DNA of 43,234 nt from a virus (IMGVR_UViG_3300033475_000061:1-43234); one strand, 5' to 3'. Positions 24,018 to 33,981 are shown, counted from the stretch's first letter. A program made the numbers and translations. Notes: a model not told the origin generated them from the sequence alone.

Positions 24018-25687
24018 GACGAGACGACCCGGTAGGCGTAGCCGGCCGGGCACAGCAATTGGTTGGAGGCGCTGGCGGCGCTCCACTGGGCGGTGAGCAC
24101 CAGCGACTGGTCGGATACGGTGTCGACGGAAGTGTTGGAGGCGCTGGCGTTGCAGAACGGTGTAGCCGCCGTCGGCAGGTCGCTGAACCCCTCCAAGAAG
24201 CCGTGCCAGTTGCTGCCCGCGCCGATGCCCTTGGCGGTCATCACGCCGCGCGCCCGCCAGGTTTTGCCGGTCGCACCGGACGCGGCGGTGAGCACCACGG
24301 AGCCGACGACGGAGCCGGCGACGCCGCCGATGCGCAGGCGCAGCGTCAGCGTCGGCGTACCCGTCACCCCGGCGGTACCCCACGCCTCGACCGTGTACGT
24401 GGCACCGGCGGACATGGTGTTGGCGCGGATCGTCAGCGAGTGCAGCACCGTCTCCGTGGTTGAGTTGGCGAGGGTCAGCAGCGCGGTGCGGGTCGAGGTC
24501 GCCTTGTGGTAGGTGGGCGAGCCGGTGCTGCCGATCGCGGTGGCCACATTGGACTGTGCGAGCACGGTGTTTCCGCCGCCGTCGGCGATGGGGATAGACA
24601 CACCCCACATGAGCGAGTCCGCGACGGACACGTACGTCGCGCCTGTGACCGACAGAGCGGTGATGGGCGACTGGGTGCCCAAGCCGTCGTCGTTGACGCC
24701 GGGCATGGTGGCGGCGCCGTTGATGTAGACCGGCATCGTCGCGCCGTTGATGTTGATGGCGTTGCCGGTGCCGTTGGAGCCGTCACGCCGAAAATGGCAG
24801 TTCACAATGGACAATGGGCCAGGCCCGGTGGCGGTGACGCTCAGGCCGTGGGAAACGTTGCGGTCACTGGAGCATGCGGTCATCGTCATGCCGCCGGCTG
24901 AGGATCCGGTACCCCACGCGCCGGCGACGGAGAAGCCCGCGCCACTGTTCCATTCGCTGCGGCAACCCACCAGGTGGCCGTTCTGGAATTCGGTGATGGT
25001 GAACCCGTCGCCGCCGGTGTTGCCGATCGCCTGGCAGTCCAGCAACGTCGAGTCCGTCATCTTGTTCAACACGAAGCCGCTGCCCCGGTTGCTGTCGGCC
25101 GTGACCCGGAACATATTCCACGAGTACGGGTGGGTGCCGCTGGTGTCGATGCCGTGGCGGGGCATGCCCCGGATCCACACGCGGTCCAGCTGCACATCAT
25201 GCACCAAGCCGTTGGCTTGGATGCCGTCGACCGTGCCGGATGCGGAGCTGCCGTCGATGTTGAGGTCGGTGATGCGCTGGCCGCTGGACTCGGTCGGGTA
25301 GCCGCCGGTCGCCTTGTCCACCAGCAGGATCGCCGCCGCGCCGCTGAACGCTGCGGTGAGTTTGAGGCCGGCGGCGAACGGGGTGTCGGTACTGGCGAAG
25401 ACCCGCAGCGCCTGCATGCCGCGCAGCCACACGTTGGGTGGCAGCACGATGGGGGCGGTGATGGCGCACTTGCCGGGGATCAGCACCATGCCACCGGTCG
25501 TCGCCGCTGCCGCCACCGCCGCCGCGATGTACGTGTCGTCCGGGCTGACCCCGTCCGCGTACGCACCGTACTCCCGGACGTCGTAGGCGAGGGAGGTCAG
25601 CCGCCCGTCCAAATTGGATAGTGCGGTCTGGGTTGTGCTGCCCCATCCCGGGTTGCCGAGCACGGGCAGTGTGAACTGCTTGGCCAC
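24014..25687 (-). CDS. Tail spike / depolymerase with right-handed beta-helix
   Basis: YDVREYGAYADGVSPDD pectate-lyase-3-type start; N.G.GF repeats; GGAGG RBS. Confidence 0.8.
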   Translation of the reverse strand: MAKQFTLPVLGNPGWGSTTQTALSNLDGRLTSLAYDVREYGAYADGVSPDDTYIAAAVAAAATTGGMVLIPGKCAITAPIVLPPNVWLRGMQALRVFASTDTPFAAGLKLTAAFSGAAAILLVDKATGGYPTESSGQRITDLNIDGSSASGTVDGIQANGLVHDVQLDRVWIRGMPRHGIDTSGTHPYSWNMFRVTADSNRGSGFVLNKMTDSTLLDCQAIGNTGGDGFTITEFQNGHLVGCRSEWNSGAGFSVAGAWGTGSSAGGMTMTACSSDRNVSHGLSVTATGPGPLSIVNCHFRRDGSNGTGNAININGATMPVYINGAATMPGVNDDGLGTQSPITALSVTGATYVSVADSLMWGVSIPIADGGGNTVLAQSNVATAIGSTGSPTYHKATSTRTALLTLANSTTETVLHSLTIRANTMSAGATYTVEAWGTAGVTGTPTLTLRLRIGGVAGSVVGSVVLTAASGATGKTWRARGVMTAKGIGAGSNWHGFLEGFSDLPTAATPFCNASASNTSVDTVSDQSLVLTAQWSAASASNQLLCPAGYAYRVVSS

Positions 25688-25719
25688 GCGGAACCTCCAG
25701 GGGCAGCACGAAATGGTGG

Positions 25720-26493
25720 TCAGTAGGGGAAGACGCCGAGACCGCGGTGATCGAAGGAGCATGACTTGCCGGGCGCCGTCTTGTACTGGAGCCAGAATGT
25801 CGTCGGGCCCTCATTGAGGCCGGTGAGGAACACGAACCGGGATGCAGTGACGGAGTACTCGGTGAAGGTGGTACCACCCACCTGCACCGTCGAGCCGACC
25901 CGGTTGATGTTGTCGGGAGCGATCGTGTTGGCGCCGGACGCCACCAGCGTCGCGTAGGCGCCATCGAATGCGTCCGGAGTGACATCCTGCCAGAACACCG
26001 AGATCGTGGAGAAGATCAGCGCGCGGCCCGTCTGTCCAATGTCGACGGTCACCGACGGGCCGAAGGTGGCCAGATCGCCCCAGTCGGACGAGGTGCATCC
26101 TTCGTCGAGGTCGATCACCTGGCTCGCGGGCCCGAACACGAAGTCGGACAGCCTCGAGATCTGGCCGGCGCCGTTGACCGCGGCCAGCCCGAACGAGCCG
26201 TCGCCCAACCGGCCGATCTCTACGACGGTGGCGCCCGTGTCGTCGCGGACCGCGAGCTGTCCGGGGACGGTGCCGAAATTGCCCAGCACCACCCAGGTCG
26301 AGCCGCTGCCGAGCAGGGCGACAATGTCACCGGCCACCGGCAGGTATGAGGACAGGTAGGAGGCGGCGACCAGGGCGCCGCCGCCGACATCCACGGTGAT
26401 CGCACCGGCCGCGTAGGACGTGACGGTGCCGATGCGCATGCTCGCCCCGCCCTGTCCCGCCTGCGATACGGCAGCCGCTACGCCCATCGTCAT
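25720..26493 (-). CDS. Minor tail protein
   Basis: RIGTVTS...YLSSYLPVAGDIVALL...WVVLG small beta domain plus C-terminal domain. Confidence 0.7.
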   Translation of the reverse strand: MTMGVAAAVSQAGQGGASMRIGTVTSYAAGAITVDVGGGALVAASYLSSYLPVAGDIVALLGSGSTWVVLGNFGTVPGQLAVRDDTGATVVEIGRLGDGSFGLAAVNGAGQISRLSDFVFGPASQVIDLDEGCTSSDWGDLATFGPSVTVDIGQTGRALIFSTISVFWQDVTPDAFDGAYATLVASGANTIAPDNINRVGSTVQVGGTTFTEYSVTASRFVFLTGLNEGPTTFWLQYKTAPGKSCSFDHRGLGVFPY

Positions 26494-27602
26494 CCCCCTC
26501 CGTCGCTCGTGGTCGACGTAACCGACCGGGTCTGGATCTGCATGGGAGTGCCGACGTCCAGCGGCAGCGTGAACGCGTCCACCAGGTGTTTCTCCGTCCC
26601 CTCGGAGGTCTCCACCTGGATGACGTCGCCGGCCTCCAGGGCCGGGTTCGGCACGCACTGGATCTCCCGGGTGCGGGTGATGCCGATGACGCGCGACAGC
26701 CGCGCCTGCCCAGCCACCACCGCCTGGGCGGCGTCCGTCACTAGCGCGTTGGACAGATGGCGGACCACCTTGCCGTACGGGCCGCCCCAGCGGGTGGGGC
26801 TGGCCGGGTCGACGTCCACGACGGTGACGAGCAGCGGCGTGTCGCCCGCCCGCTCCACATCTACAATGATCTTGTTGGCGACGTCCGTCCGGCTGCGGCC
26901 CTGCGCATCCGACACGATCACCGCATCATCGGTGTCCGCCCGCAGTGTCCACACCGGAGGGTCGTCCAGGGTGGGTATCGGGCGTACCACGCACTGCTGG
27001 CCATCCGCCGTGATATACACCTCGGCGCCGAGCGCGGTGGCCAGATCGTCGATGGCCTGGCCCCTGTCGTACTGCCACATGATGGAGGCGGGCACCGTCC
27101 ACAGCCGGCCGGTCATGTCGACGAATGAGGCGGGTACGCCCGCCTCGAACACGAACTGCCGGATCACGCTGGTTAGCAGCGCCCTCGTGTCCGGTGTGCG
27201 GGGCGTCTCGAACTGGAAGTCGTTGATGGCGGCGAAGCGATCCGAGCAGACGACCTCGACCGCGCCGGACAGCCGCTGGCGCGACACACTCTCCACCCGG
27301 CCGGCGAACACCGGGGCCGGCTGGCCCACCATGGCGCCGGCCGCATCGCGAATGCCGCGCCACGCCCGGATCTCGGCGCCGAACGGGGCGAGCAGGTCGG
27401 TCGCGCTACGCGGCCACATCTCCTCCGCGACGACGAACGTGGCGGTACGCCGCACCCGGTTGCGGGCCGTCACCTGCACCGAGCCGGACTGAATGTCGAG
27501 GTCGGCCGCCTTGGCTCCGGCGAACCACACCTCGACGTGGGTGTACAGCTGGTGGGAGCGCGTCAGCGCGTCAAGCCAGTCGGGCGTGGCACCCGCCCAC
27601 AT
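26490..27602 (-). CDS. Minor tail / baseplate hub protein (DUF5047-like)
   Basis: Follows the tape measure gene; SPTRWGGPYGKV, PNPALEAGDVI. Confidence 0.8.
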   Translation of the reverse strand: MWAGATPDWLDALTRSHQLYTHVEVWFAGAKAADLDIQSGSVQVTARNRVRRTATFVVAEEMWPRSATDLLAPFGAEIRAWRGIRDAAGAMVGQPAPVFAGRVESVSRQRLSGAVEVVCSDRFAAINDFQFETPRTPDTRALLTSVIRQFVFEAGVPASFVDMTGRLWTVPASIMWQYDRGQAIDDLATALGAEVYITADGQQCVVRPIPTLDDPPVWTLRADTDDAVIVSDAQGRSRTDVANKIIVDVERAGDTPLLVTVVDVDPASPTRWGGPYGKVVRHLSNALVTDAAQAVVAGQARLSRVIGITRTREIQCVPNPALEAGDVIQVETSEGTEKHLVDAFTLPLDVGTPMQIQTRSVTSTTSDGGG

Positions 27603-30355
27603 CAGACGCGCACCCCGCCCGACACTGCCGCTGTCGTCGCCCGGTCGTATGAGGCGATCCGCGCATCCACCACAATCTTCACCCGGGACGTGATCTCCTC
27701 ATCGCCCACATACACCCGCACCTGTGGCGCGGCGACATTGACCACCGGGGCCGCGGTCGCCTTCCCCCCGCCGGGCATGAACCGGCCGCCGTACCAACGG
27801 CTGGCCTGGTCGAGGATCGCGGTCGAGCGGGCATAGTCGCCCAGGCGCGGAATGAACGCCTCACCGCCGGTGGCGGGCTCAGCGAAGCCGTACGTCGGCG
27901 AGGTGCGCGCCGGGTACAGCGCGGCGCTACCGAGGCGCACCAGGCCGTCGGCGGCGTAGTCGATGCCGCCCCAGCGTCGGTAACTGTTGAGCTGACCCTG
28001 CACGTGCGACGTGTCGCCATGGGTCACGACGGTGACTGTCGTGGTGATGTGCTTGCCGTTGAGCGCGTCGAGCGTCTGCTTGTACTGCCGCACCGACGAC
28101 GCCGCACCGGCCAGACCCGGCGCGTTGATGCTCGTGGCCACGGCCGCCGGCATCTGCGCGTAGGTGCGGATCAGGTCGTCGATCTGCTGCTTGGTGAATC
28201 CGGCCTGAGACAACGTCTTGCGCAGCTGCGAGATGTAGCCGTTGTACGTGTCGCTGGCGGCCTGGACCGAGCCGGTCTCGGTGAGCTTCGCCTGTGCTGC
28301 CTTTTCGGCCGCGTCGACCGTATCCAGGATGGCAGACTTGTTGTCGCGGCCCTTCTGGGTGTTGATGTCGAGGGTGCGGCCGTTCTCCTTCAACGTGTTC
28401 GTCAGATCGCCAATGGACTGCGCGAAGCCGATCTCCCCTCTGGCCCAATCCTCAGCAGCACCGTGCAACTCCTTGAAGACGTCGTCGAGGGTCTGGCCCT
28501 TGCTGATCGCGTCCTGCAGACTCGACGCCATCGTCTTGGCGTTCTGGGCGACGTTGACGAAGCTGTTTGCGCTCGCGGCGGTCGAGGTGGCGGCGTTGGC
28601 CTGCGCCTCGGCATATTGCGGCAGACCCTTCTTGAGGTCGTCGATCGATATGCCGGCCTTCTTCGCCTGCGTCGCCAGCGCGTCGAAGTCCTTCTTCGCC
28701 TGGTCGCCGTTCCCGCTGGACACGAGCGATGCCAGTGCCTGGTCGATGGCGCCGAGGCGCTGCTGAGCGTGGTAGCCGCTCTCGTCGAAGACCCGGCCGA
28801 GACCGGTGACAGACTCGATGGTGCCACCCACCGCGTTCCCGAATTTGGCCATGCCCCCGCTGCCGAGCGTGCCGAGGTCGTAGTCGAGGTGGCCCAGCGA
28901 GTCGCCGGCGGCCTTACCGCCGGCGGCGAACTTGTTGAGATCCTGTGTGGTCTTGCTGACCTGTGGCGTGATGTCCTTGCCGAAGGCGGCAGAGGCCGCC
29001 TGCGCGGCCGCCAACACGATGGCGAGCCTGCCGGCCACACCGGCTACCTTGCCCAGACCCGTGGCGGCGACCTGACCCGCAGGTCCCATGTCGCGCAGGG
29101 AGGTCATGAGTTCCTGACCCTGTTGGCGTAGCTTCAGCCATCCGGTACCGAGCAACAGGCCGGCACCCGATAGCCCGGCAAGGAGGGTGACGGTCTGCTG
29201 CACCGGCGCGGGCATCTGACCGAAGGCATTTACCGCGCCGGTCGCTGCCTGCGCCAGCTTGCGCAGCCCCGCATTGGCACCGGAGCCGCTCTGGATGGCC
29301 AGCGTCTCAAGGGATCCCTTGAGCTGCTCGACGTCGCCGCTCAAATTGTCCATCTTCTGCCGCGCGGTATCGGCTGCGGCACCCTGGTCGTTGACCGACC
29401 CGATGTACTTCTGGATCCCGGCCGAGCCCTGCGTGTACAACACGTTGGCCGAGCGCATCGCGTCGCTACCGAAGATCTGGGCAAGGGCCTGGTCGCGTTG
29501 CTGCTGGGTCAGGCCACCGAGCTGCTTCTGCAGGATCCCGGCGAGCGCTGTGATGCCGACGAACTTGCCCTGCGCGTCATAGACGTTGATACCCAACTGC
29601 TTCATCAACGCGGCGCTCTGCTGCGACGGGTTGGCCAACGCCTGCAACATCGTCTTCAGCGACGTACCCGCGTCGCTGCCCACCAAAGCGTTGTCGGCAA
29701 AGGCACTCAACACGCCCGCAGTGTCCTCAAGGGACAGTCCGAACTGGGAGGCGACGAGCCCGCCCTGCTTGAGCGAGTCGCCCATGCCCGTCATGTCCGC
29801 CGCCGACTTGTTGGCGCTCGCCGCGAGCACATCGGCGATGTGCGGCACCGCCGAGCCCTGAAGCTTGAAGATGTTCATGGCCTGTGCCGCAATCGTCGCG
29901 GCCTGGGACAGATCCATCTGGCCGGCGGCGGCCAGCGACAGCGCACCTTGCAGGCCACCGCCCAGGATATCCTTCACCGACACGCCGGCCTTGGCGAGTT
30001 CCTCCTCAGCCTGCGCGGCGTCGGTGGCGCTGTATGCCGTCGCCTGCCCAGCCTGGATCGCTGCGGTCCGTAGATCCGACAGGCGCTTGGCGTTGGTGCC
30101 CGCCACCGACCCAACCGCCGACATCTCCTTGTCGAAGTCCATGGCGGCCTTCGTGGCCATGCCGAAGGCGCCGAGCAGGCCGGCGCCGAGACCGCCGGCG
30201 GCGATGGCGAGGCCGTTGAACTTGTCCTTGTGCTTGACGCCCAGCGTGTCCAGTTCGCCGCCGAAGTCCGACACGGACTTCTTGGCGGTGGCCAGTCCGG
30301 CCGTCAGCCCCTGGACCTTGGCGACCAGGTTGACGGAGACAGTACGGTCGGCCAC
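27602..30355 (-). CDS. Tape measure protein
   Basis: 917 aa, Ala/Gly-rich; GSDAGTSLKTML, MDNLSGDVEQL; follows the chaperone genes. Confidence 0.95.
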   Translation of the reverse strand: MADRTVSVNLVAKVQGLTAGLATAKKSVSDFGGELDTLGVKHKDKFNGLAIAAGGLGAGLLGAFGMATKAAMDFDKEMSAVGSVAGTNAKRLSDLRTAAIQAGQATAYSATDAAQAEEELAKAGVSVKDILGGGLQGALSLAAAGQMDLSQAATIAAQAMNIFKLQGSAVPHIADVLAASANKSAADMTGMGDSLKQGGLVASQFGLSLEDTAGVLSAFADNALVGSDAGTSLKTMLQALANPSQQSAALMKQLGINVYDAQGKFVGITALAGILQKQLGGLTQQQRDQALAQIFGSDAMRSANVLYTQGSAGIQKYIGSVNDQGAAADTARQKMDNLSGDVEQLKGSLETLAIQSGSGANAGLRKLAQAATGAVNAFGQMPAPVQQTVTLLAGLSGAGLLLGTGWLKLRQQGQELMTSLRDMGPAGQVAATGLGKVAGVAGRLAIVLAAAQAASAAFGKDITPQVSKTTQDLNKFAAGGKAAGDSLGHLDYDLGTLGSGGMAKFGNAVGGTIESVTGLGRVFDESGYHAQQRLGAIDQALASLVSSGNGDQAKKDFDALATQAKKAGISIDDLKKGLPQYAEAQANAATSTAASANSFVNVAQNAKTMASSLQDAISKGQTLDDVFKELHGAAEDWARGEIGFAQSIGDLTNTLKENGRTLDINTQKGRDNKSAILDTVDAAEKAAQAKLTETGSVQAASDTYNGYISQLRKTLSQAGFTKQQIDDLIRTYAQMPAAVATSINAPGLAGAASSVRQYKQTLDALNGKHITTTVTVVTHGDTSHVQGQLNSYRRWGGIDYAADGLVRLGSAALYPARTSPTYGFAEPATGGEAFIPRLGDYARSTAILDQASRWYGGRFMPGGGKATAAPVVNVAAPQVRVYVGDEEITSRVKIVVDARIASYDRATTAAVSGGVRV

Positions 30356-30402
30356 CTGACACCACCCTCACGTTCTGGACGGGCAGGCGTACCCTGCGTG
30401 GC

Positions 30403-30591
30403 ATGAGGGCAGGACAGAAATTGACCAGGCGCGATGTCGCGAACCTGGCGGTACTCGCGATCTTTGGGATCGCGCTCGGCTATCTGATCTACCTGGCCGG
30501 CTGGGGCGCCGTCGCGCTCGTGCCGGTCCTTGGCGTCGCCGCGCTGATCGGGCTCGTGATCGCCGCACTGCGGCGGCACACCACCCGGTAG
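30403..30591 (+). CDS. Small 2-TM membrane protein on the opposite strand (moron-like)
   Basis: Hydrophobic 62 aa; TACCCT -10 at 30390, 7 nt before the ATG. Confidence 0.7.
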   Translation: MRAGQKLTRRDVANLAVLAIFGIALGYLIYLAGWGAVALVPVLGVAALIGLVIAALRRHTTR

Positions 30592-30999
30592 CTACCTCAG
30601 CTCGGCCCGCCAGCGGGTCGCACCCATCCGGGCGCTGCTGCTCTTGTAGGCATCGGCGTAGGCGTCCTGCGAAATCTCAATCGCCGTGCACGCCCCGCAG
30701 CGGTGCGGCGGCGACACCCGGTACGCCTCGGCGTCATGCTCGGTGGTCTCCGCCAGATCCCGGCCGCAGCCGTCGCAGGTCCTCTCGCGGTACAGGGCGA
30801 GCGCCAGCATCCAGGCGCGCTCCTGCTCGTCCCACTCGATCTCGGGCTGGCTGGCCACTATCCGGCCGGCGTCGTCGTGCTCGTAGACGGTCCGCGGCTC
30901 CCAGCCCTCGAACCGCTTGAGGGAGATGCGCAGACGCGCCGCCGCCTCTATTCGGGCGCGGAGCTCCGGAGCATCGCGGAGGCGCCCGGCGAGAAAGGG
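30592..30999 (-). CDS. Tail assembly chaperone, frameshift extension (G-T)
   Basis: The -1 frame is open from the slippery site to 30592: FLAGRLRD...RFEGWEPRT...CDGC...CGAC. Confidence 0.8.
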   Translation of the reverse strand, partial: PFLAGRLRDAPELRARIEAAARLRISLKRFEGWEPRTVYEHDDAGRIVASQPEIEWDEQERAWMLALALYRERTCDGCGRDLAETTEHDAEAYRVSPPHRCGACTAIEISQDAYADAYKSSSARMGATRWRAELR

Positions 31000-31487
31000 A
31001 CGTCGACCTCGCCGCGGTTGACCACGATCGCGGCGCCGGCCAACGCGTCGAACTGCGCATCGGAGAGTTGGTCCTGCAGGAGGGTGTCGAGTACCTCGGC
31101 GTCGAGCAGCGGCTCGACGAGCGATGCGGCGACCAGCGCGGGCCAGAAGGTCAGTGTGTTGTATCCGTAGGCGCCGTCGAGCCGGTCAGGCTTGCCGTCG
31201 GCGTCCAGCCGTGGCGGGTGCGCGGCGTACAGCTCGTTGTACTCCCGGCGCGGTAGCGCACGCAGACGGAAGACGACCGTGGCCTGCGCCATCTGCTCTT
31301 CGAGCGCCCGCATCTGCTCGGCGTACTGCCGGGCACCGGAGCCAGCCAGCGAGTCGCCGCTCGCCTGTTCCGCGGCGGCGCGCTTGCGTTCCAGGTCCTC
31401 CCACGCCGCGACGAGGTCACCGCGCAGGCACAGTTCGACGGTCTTCTCCGGCCTCTTCGCCGACTTGATGATCTCGGTGACGTCCAT
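30948..31487 (-). CDS. Tail assembly chaperone (G)
   Basis: Between major tail and tape measure genes; ends VDVPFS. Confidence 0.85.
   Translation of the reverse strand: MDVTEIIKSAKRPEKTVELCLRGDLVAAWEDLERKRAAAEQASGDSLAGSGARQYAEQMRALEEQMAQATVVFRLRALPRREYNELYAAHPPRLDADGKPDRLDGAYGYNTLTFWPALVAASLVEPLLDAEVLDTLLQDQLSDAQFDALAGAAIVVNRGEVDVPFSPGASAMLRSSAPE
30993..30999 (-). other. -1 programmed frameshift slippery heptamer C CCT TTC
   Basis: XXXYYYZ in the correct phase; the shift joins the downstream ORF. Confidence 0.8.
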
Positions 31488-31554
31488 TCCTGCCCTTCCT
31501 GCCCGTGGTGTGGTGGGGCGCCGGTCCGGGCAGGAAAGCCGGCGCCCCAGCTTG

Positions 31555-32040
31555 TTACGCGACGACGGCGCGAAGGTTCGGCTGAGCCGAGATGATGACC
31601 GGCACCTCGTACTTGCGTACCGACTGGTTACCGCCGTCCGGCGGGAGCAGGGACACCTCGCCGCAGATGATCGGGTAGACCTCGACCGGCTGGGTCGAGG
31701 TCCAGGCCGTGGTCTCCGCGACGTCCCGGCGGATCACGATGTAGCCGGCCGTCGCGGTGATCAACGTCGAGTAGGCCGTGTCGCCGCTCGCCTGCTTCTT
31801 CAGGCGCAACCGGGTGTCGCCGAAGCTGGGGCGGCCGGGCACGGCGGTGCTGAACTTGGAGTTCAGCGCCGTGTTGTCGACCTTGTCGGTGCTGCTCTCG
31901 AAGTTGACCAACCCGTCGGCGGTCAGCACGCTCTGGAGCAGGATGCCCGCGTTGAGCTCGGTCGTGGTCGGCGCCGCGATGTTGCTGATCGTCGGCGCGT
32001 ATGCGACGCGGGTGTTGCCATCGGTAAGGACGTCCGCCAC
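31555..32040 (-). CDS. Major tail protein
   Basis: DGNTRVAYAPTISNIAAPTTTELNAG...VEVYP; AAGGAGG RBS. Confidence 0.9.
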   Translation of the reverse strand: MADVLTDGNTRVAYAPTISNIAAPTTTELNAGILLQSVLTADGLVNFESSTDKVDNTALNSKFSTAVPGRPSFGDTRLRLKKQASGDTAYSTLITATAGYIVIRRDVAETTAWTSTQPVEVYPIICGEVSLLPPDGGNQSVRKYEVPVIISAQPNLRAVVA

Positions 32041-32043
32041 CGA

Positions 32044-32280
32044 TCAGCCCTCCTTGGATCCGCCGCGAGCCGCGGCCTTGGTTGGTGCCTGGGTCTGTGC
32101 GGCCGCCTCGACGGCGGCCTGTTGCGCGGCGAGGTGCTCGGCCACCACCGGCGAGACCGGCTCCGGCGGCGCATCGGCGCGCACCCAGCCCATCGCCAGC
32201 CAGTCCTCGACCGCGCCCTGCGGGCACTCGAAGTGCCCGCCGGTCTCGGGATGCTGCAGCCACACGCGCTCGTCGCTCAT
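32044..32280 (-). CDS. Hypothetical protein
   Basis: MSDERVWLQHPETGG...WLAMGW; ATGA overlap. Confidence 0.7.
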   Translation of the reverse strand: MSDERVWLQHPETGGHFECPQGAVEDWLAMGWVRADAPPEPVSPVVAEHLAAQQAAVEAAAQTQAPTKAAARGGSKEG

Positions 32281-32609
32281 GCCGGGTACACCTCGTAGGT
32301 GAGCGCCGTGGTGGGCGTGGACGTGATGGTCACCAGGCCGGTGCCGAGGTTGACCTGCGATGGACTGATCTGGAACGCCTTGACGCCGGTGGCGACCGTT
32401 GCCACGCCGGAGACGCTCGCCGGATTGCCTGCGGGCGTCGCGCCGCCATCGGAGATCGTGATCGTGTTGATGGTGCCGGCGGTCCGGACGAGCAGGATGC
32501 AACCCTGCGTGCCGAGCTGCGCCTGCGTGATCGTGTCGGAGGCCGAAGCGTTGTTGACGGTGACCGCCGTCCCGCCGGCCGTAGGCACGGACATGGTGAG
32601 TGCCGCCAT
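32277..32609 (-). CDS. Small beta-rich virion protein
   Basis: Thr/Ala/Gly-rich, 110 aa; AAGGAGG RBS. Confidence 0.7.
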   Translation of the reverse strand: MAALTMSVPTAGGTAVTVNNASASDTITQAQLGTQGCILLVRTAGTINTITISDGGATPAGNPASVSGVATVATGVKAFQISPSQVNLGTGLVTITSTPTTALTYEVYPA

Positions 32610-32672
32610 CCGGCGCACCTCCTTGGGAGATCCGCCGGGTGGCGGAAAGTGTTGGTACAGAACGCCTTCGGG

Positions 32673-33083
32673 CTAGCAGGCGTACATCTGGTAGACCGAG
32701 ATCGAGTCCATGACGACGGTCCCGGTGCTCTCGTCACGGTCCGGCGGCGTCGGCTCCTGCGCCTCCCGGATCGGGGCGCAGCTCAACCCGACCACCGTCG
32801 GCTTGACGTCCAGCAGTGCGGTGCGCACCCGCTGCGCTGCCGCCCGGGCGGCGCCCGCGTTGCCACCCACGCTGTGGCAGTACCAGGTCGTCAGGTACCG
32901 GGTGGACCCGCCGCGCAAGTCGTTGTCCGGGTGGTGCGCGGGCCGGCTCACCGTGGCGTAGACCACGACGTAGGGCGGCACGCCGCCGGCCGGTACCGCG
33001 CCGTCGTAGACGGTCAGCGAGGTGTCCGCGCGCAGCAGAGTAAGGCCGGCGTCGACGAGCGCCTGGTCGAGACCGTCGGTCAC
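32673..33083 (-). CDS. Tail terminator
   Basis: VYDGAVP...PPYVVVY; synteny. Confidence 0.75.
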   Translation of the reverse strand: MTDGLDQALVDAGLTLLRADTSLTVYDGAVPAGGVPPYVVVYATVSRPAHHPDNDLRGGSTRYLTTWYCHSVGGNAGAARAAAQRVRTALLDVKPTVVGLSCAPIREAQEPTPPDRDESTGTVVMDSISVYQMYAC

Positions 33084-33469
33084 GCGAGCAGGTCCCCAGC
33101 CAGGCGCGCCAGCGCCGCCTCGGTCTTCGGCGCCTCGGATTGCAGCGCCGGCAGGCCGCCGGGGCGCGGGGCATTCTTCGGGGTGCCGAACTCGATGATG
33201 TTGCCCAGCGCACCCTGGCGTCGGGCCTTGTCTGGCCCGATCTCGGCGCGGACCGAGCCCGGCAGGTGGTACAAGTCGTAGGAGATCGCCCGGGGCAGCG
33301 CGGGGGCGTGGCGCAGGCCGGTCCAGCGGCGGGCCCAGTCCTGCTTGATGTTCAGGGCGCCCTTGGCCACCACCGCCTCGACAACGGGCAGGGCGCGGGA
33401 CTGCGCCTTGGTGAGGCTGGCGAGCAGCCGGTCGACACCCTCGACGGTGACGGAGATGTCGTCGGCCAT
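33080..33469 (-). CDS. HK97 gp10-like neck protein
   Basis: AEIGP...NIIEFGT.KNAPRP. Confidence 0.8.
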   Translation of the reverse strand: MADDISVTVEGVDRLLASLTKAQSRALPVVEAVVAKGALNIKQDWARRWTGLRHAPALPRAISYDLYHLPGSVRAEIGPDKARRQGALGNIIEFGTPKNAPRPGGLPALQSEAPKTEAALARLAGDLLA

Positions 33470-33864
33470 CAGCCCGTCACCTCCTCAATCTGGATGCGCC
33501 GCGCAGTCTTGTGGGTACCGCCGGCGAGCCCCCGGATCCACCACTGGCGGCCGGGCAGGTCCGCATCCAGCGCCGAGGTGTCGCAGGTGACCACGTCCTC
33601 GACGGCCGGGCCGGTCACGGACATCGGCAGCTGCAGCTCGTACGGCACCTGGTAGACGCGGGCCTCGCCCACGTCGGACCCCTGGCTCTCCAGCGCACGC
33701 TGCTGTATCCGGCACCTGCCGGAGTAGACGACGGTATACGTGCGGGTGATCTGGCCGGTGTCCGGGTCGGTGGCCTCCCCGCTCTGGCGTCGGATCGTGC
33801 ACGCGTCGACCATGAGCGCCTCGGCGGCGCGGCGGCCGGCGAGCACGGCGGTCGTGGCGCTCAC
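33469..33864 (-). CDS. Head-to-tail stopper (DUF6093-like)
   Basis: GRRAAEALMVDACTIRR...VYSGRCRIQ...TARR. Confidence 0.85.
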   Translation of the reverse strand: MSATTAVLAGRRAAEALMVDACTIRRQSGEATDPDTGQITRTYTVVYSGRCRIQQRALESQGSDVGEARVYQVPYELQLPMSVTGPAVEDVVTCDTSALDADLPGRQWWIRGLAGGTHKTARRIQIEEVTG

Positions 33865-33974
33865 TGGACCTGCCCCGGCTCGTCGGGCGCGGTGCCGGAG
33901 ACGGGGCGCACGACCCGGCCGGTGTTGGGTCTGGTTGTCGTGGGCTGCGGCGCGGGGCCGGCGGGTACGGGCAT
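33861..33974 (-). CDS. 37-aa Pro/Thr-rich ORF
   Basis: MPVPAGPAPQPTTTRPNTG...; GAGG RBS; GTGA overlap. Confidence 0.45.
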   Translation of the reverse strand: MPVPAGPAPQPTTTRPNTGRVVRPVSGTAPDEPGQVQ

Positions 33975-33981
33975 CAGGACC

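Noticed and set aside
22643-26493. Diversity-generating retroelement or invertible tail-fibre cassette
   Set aside because: No reverse transcriptase, no template/variable repeat pair and no oppositely oriented fibre segments were seen
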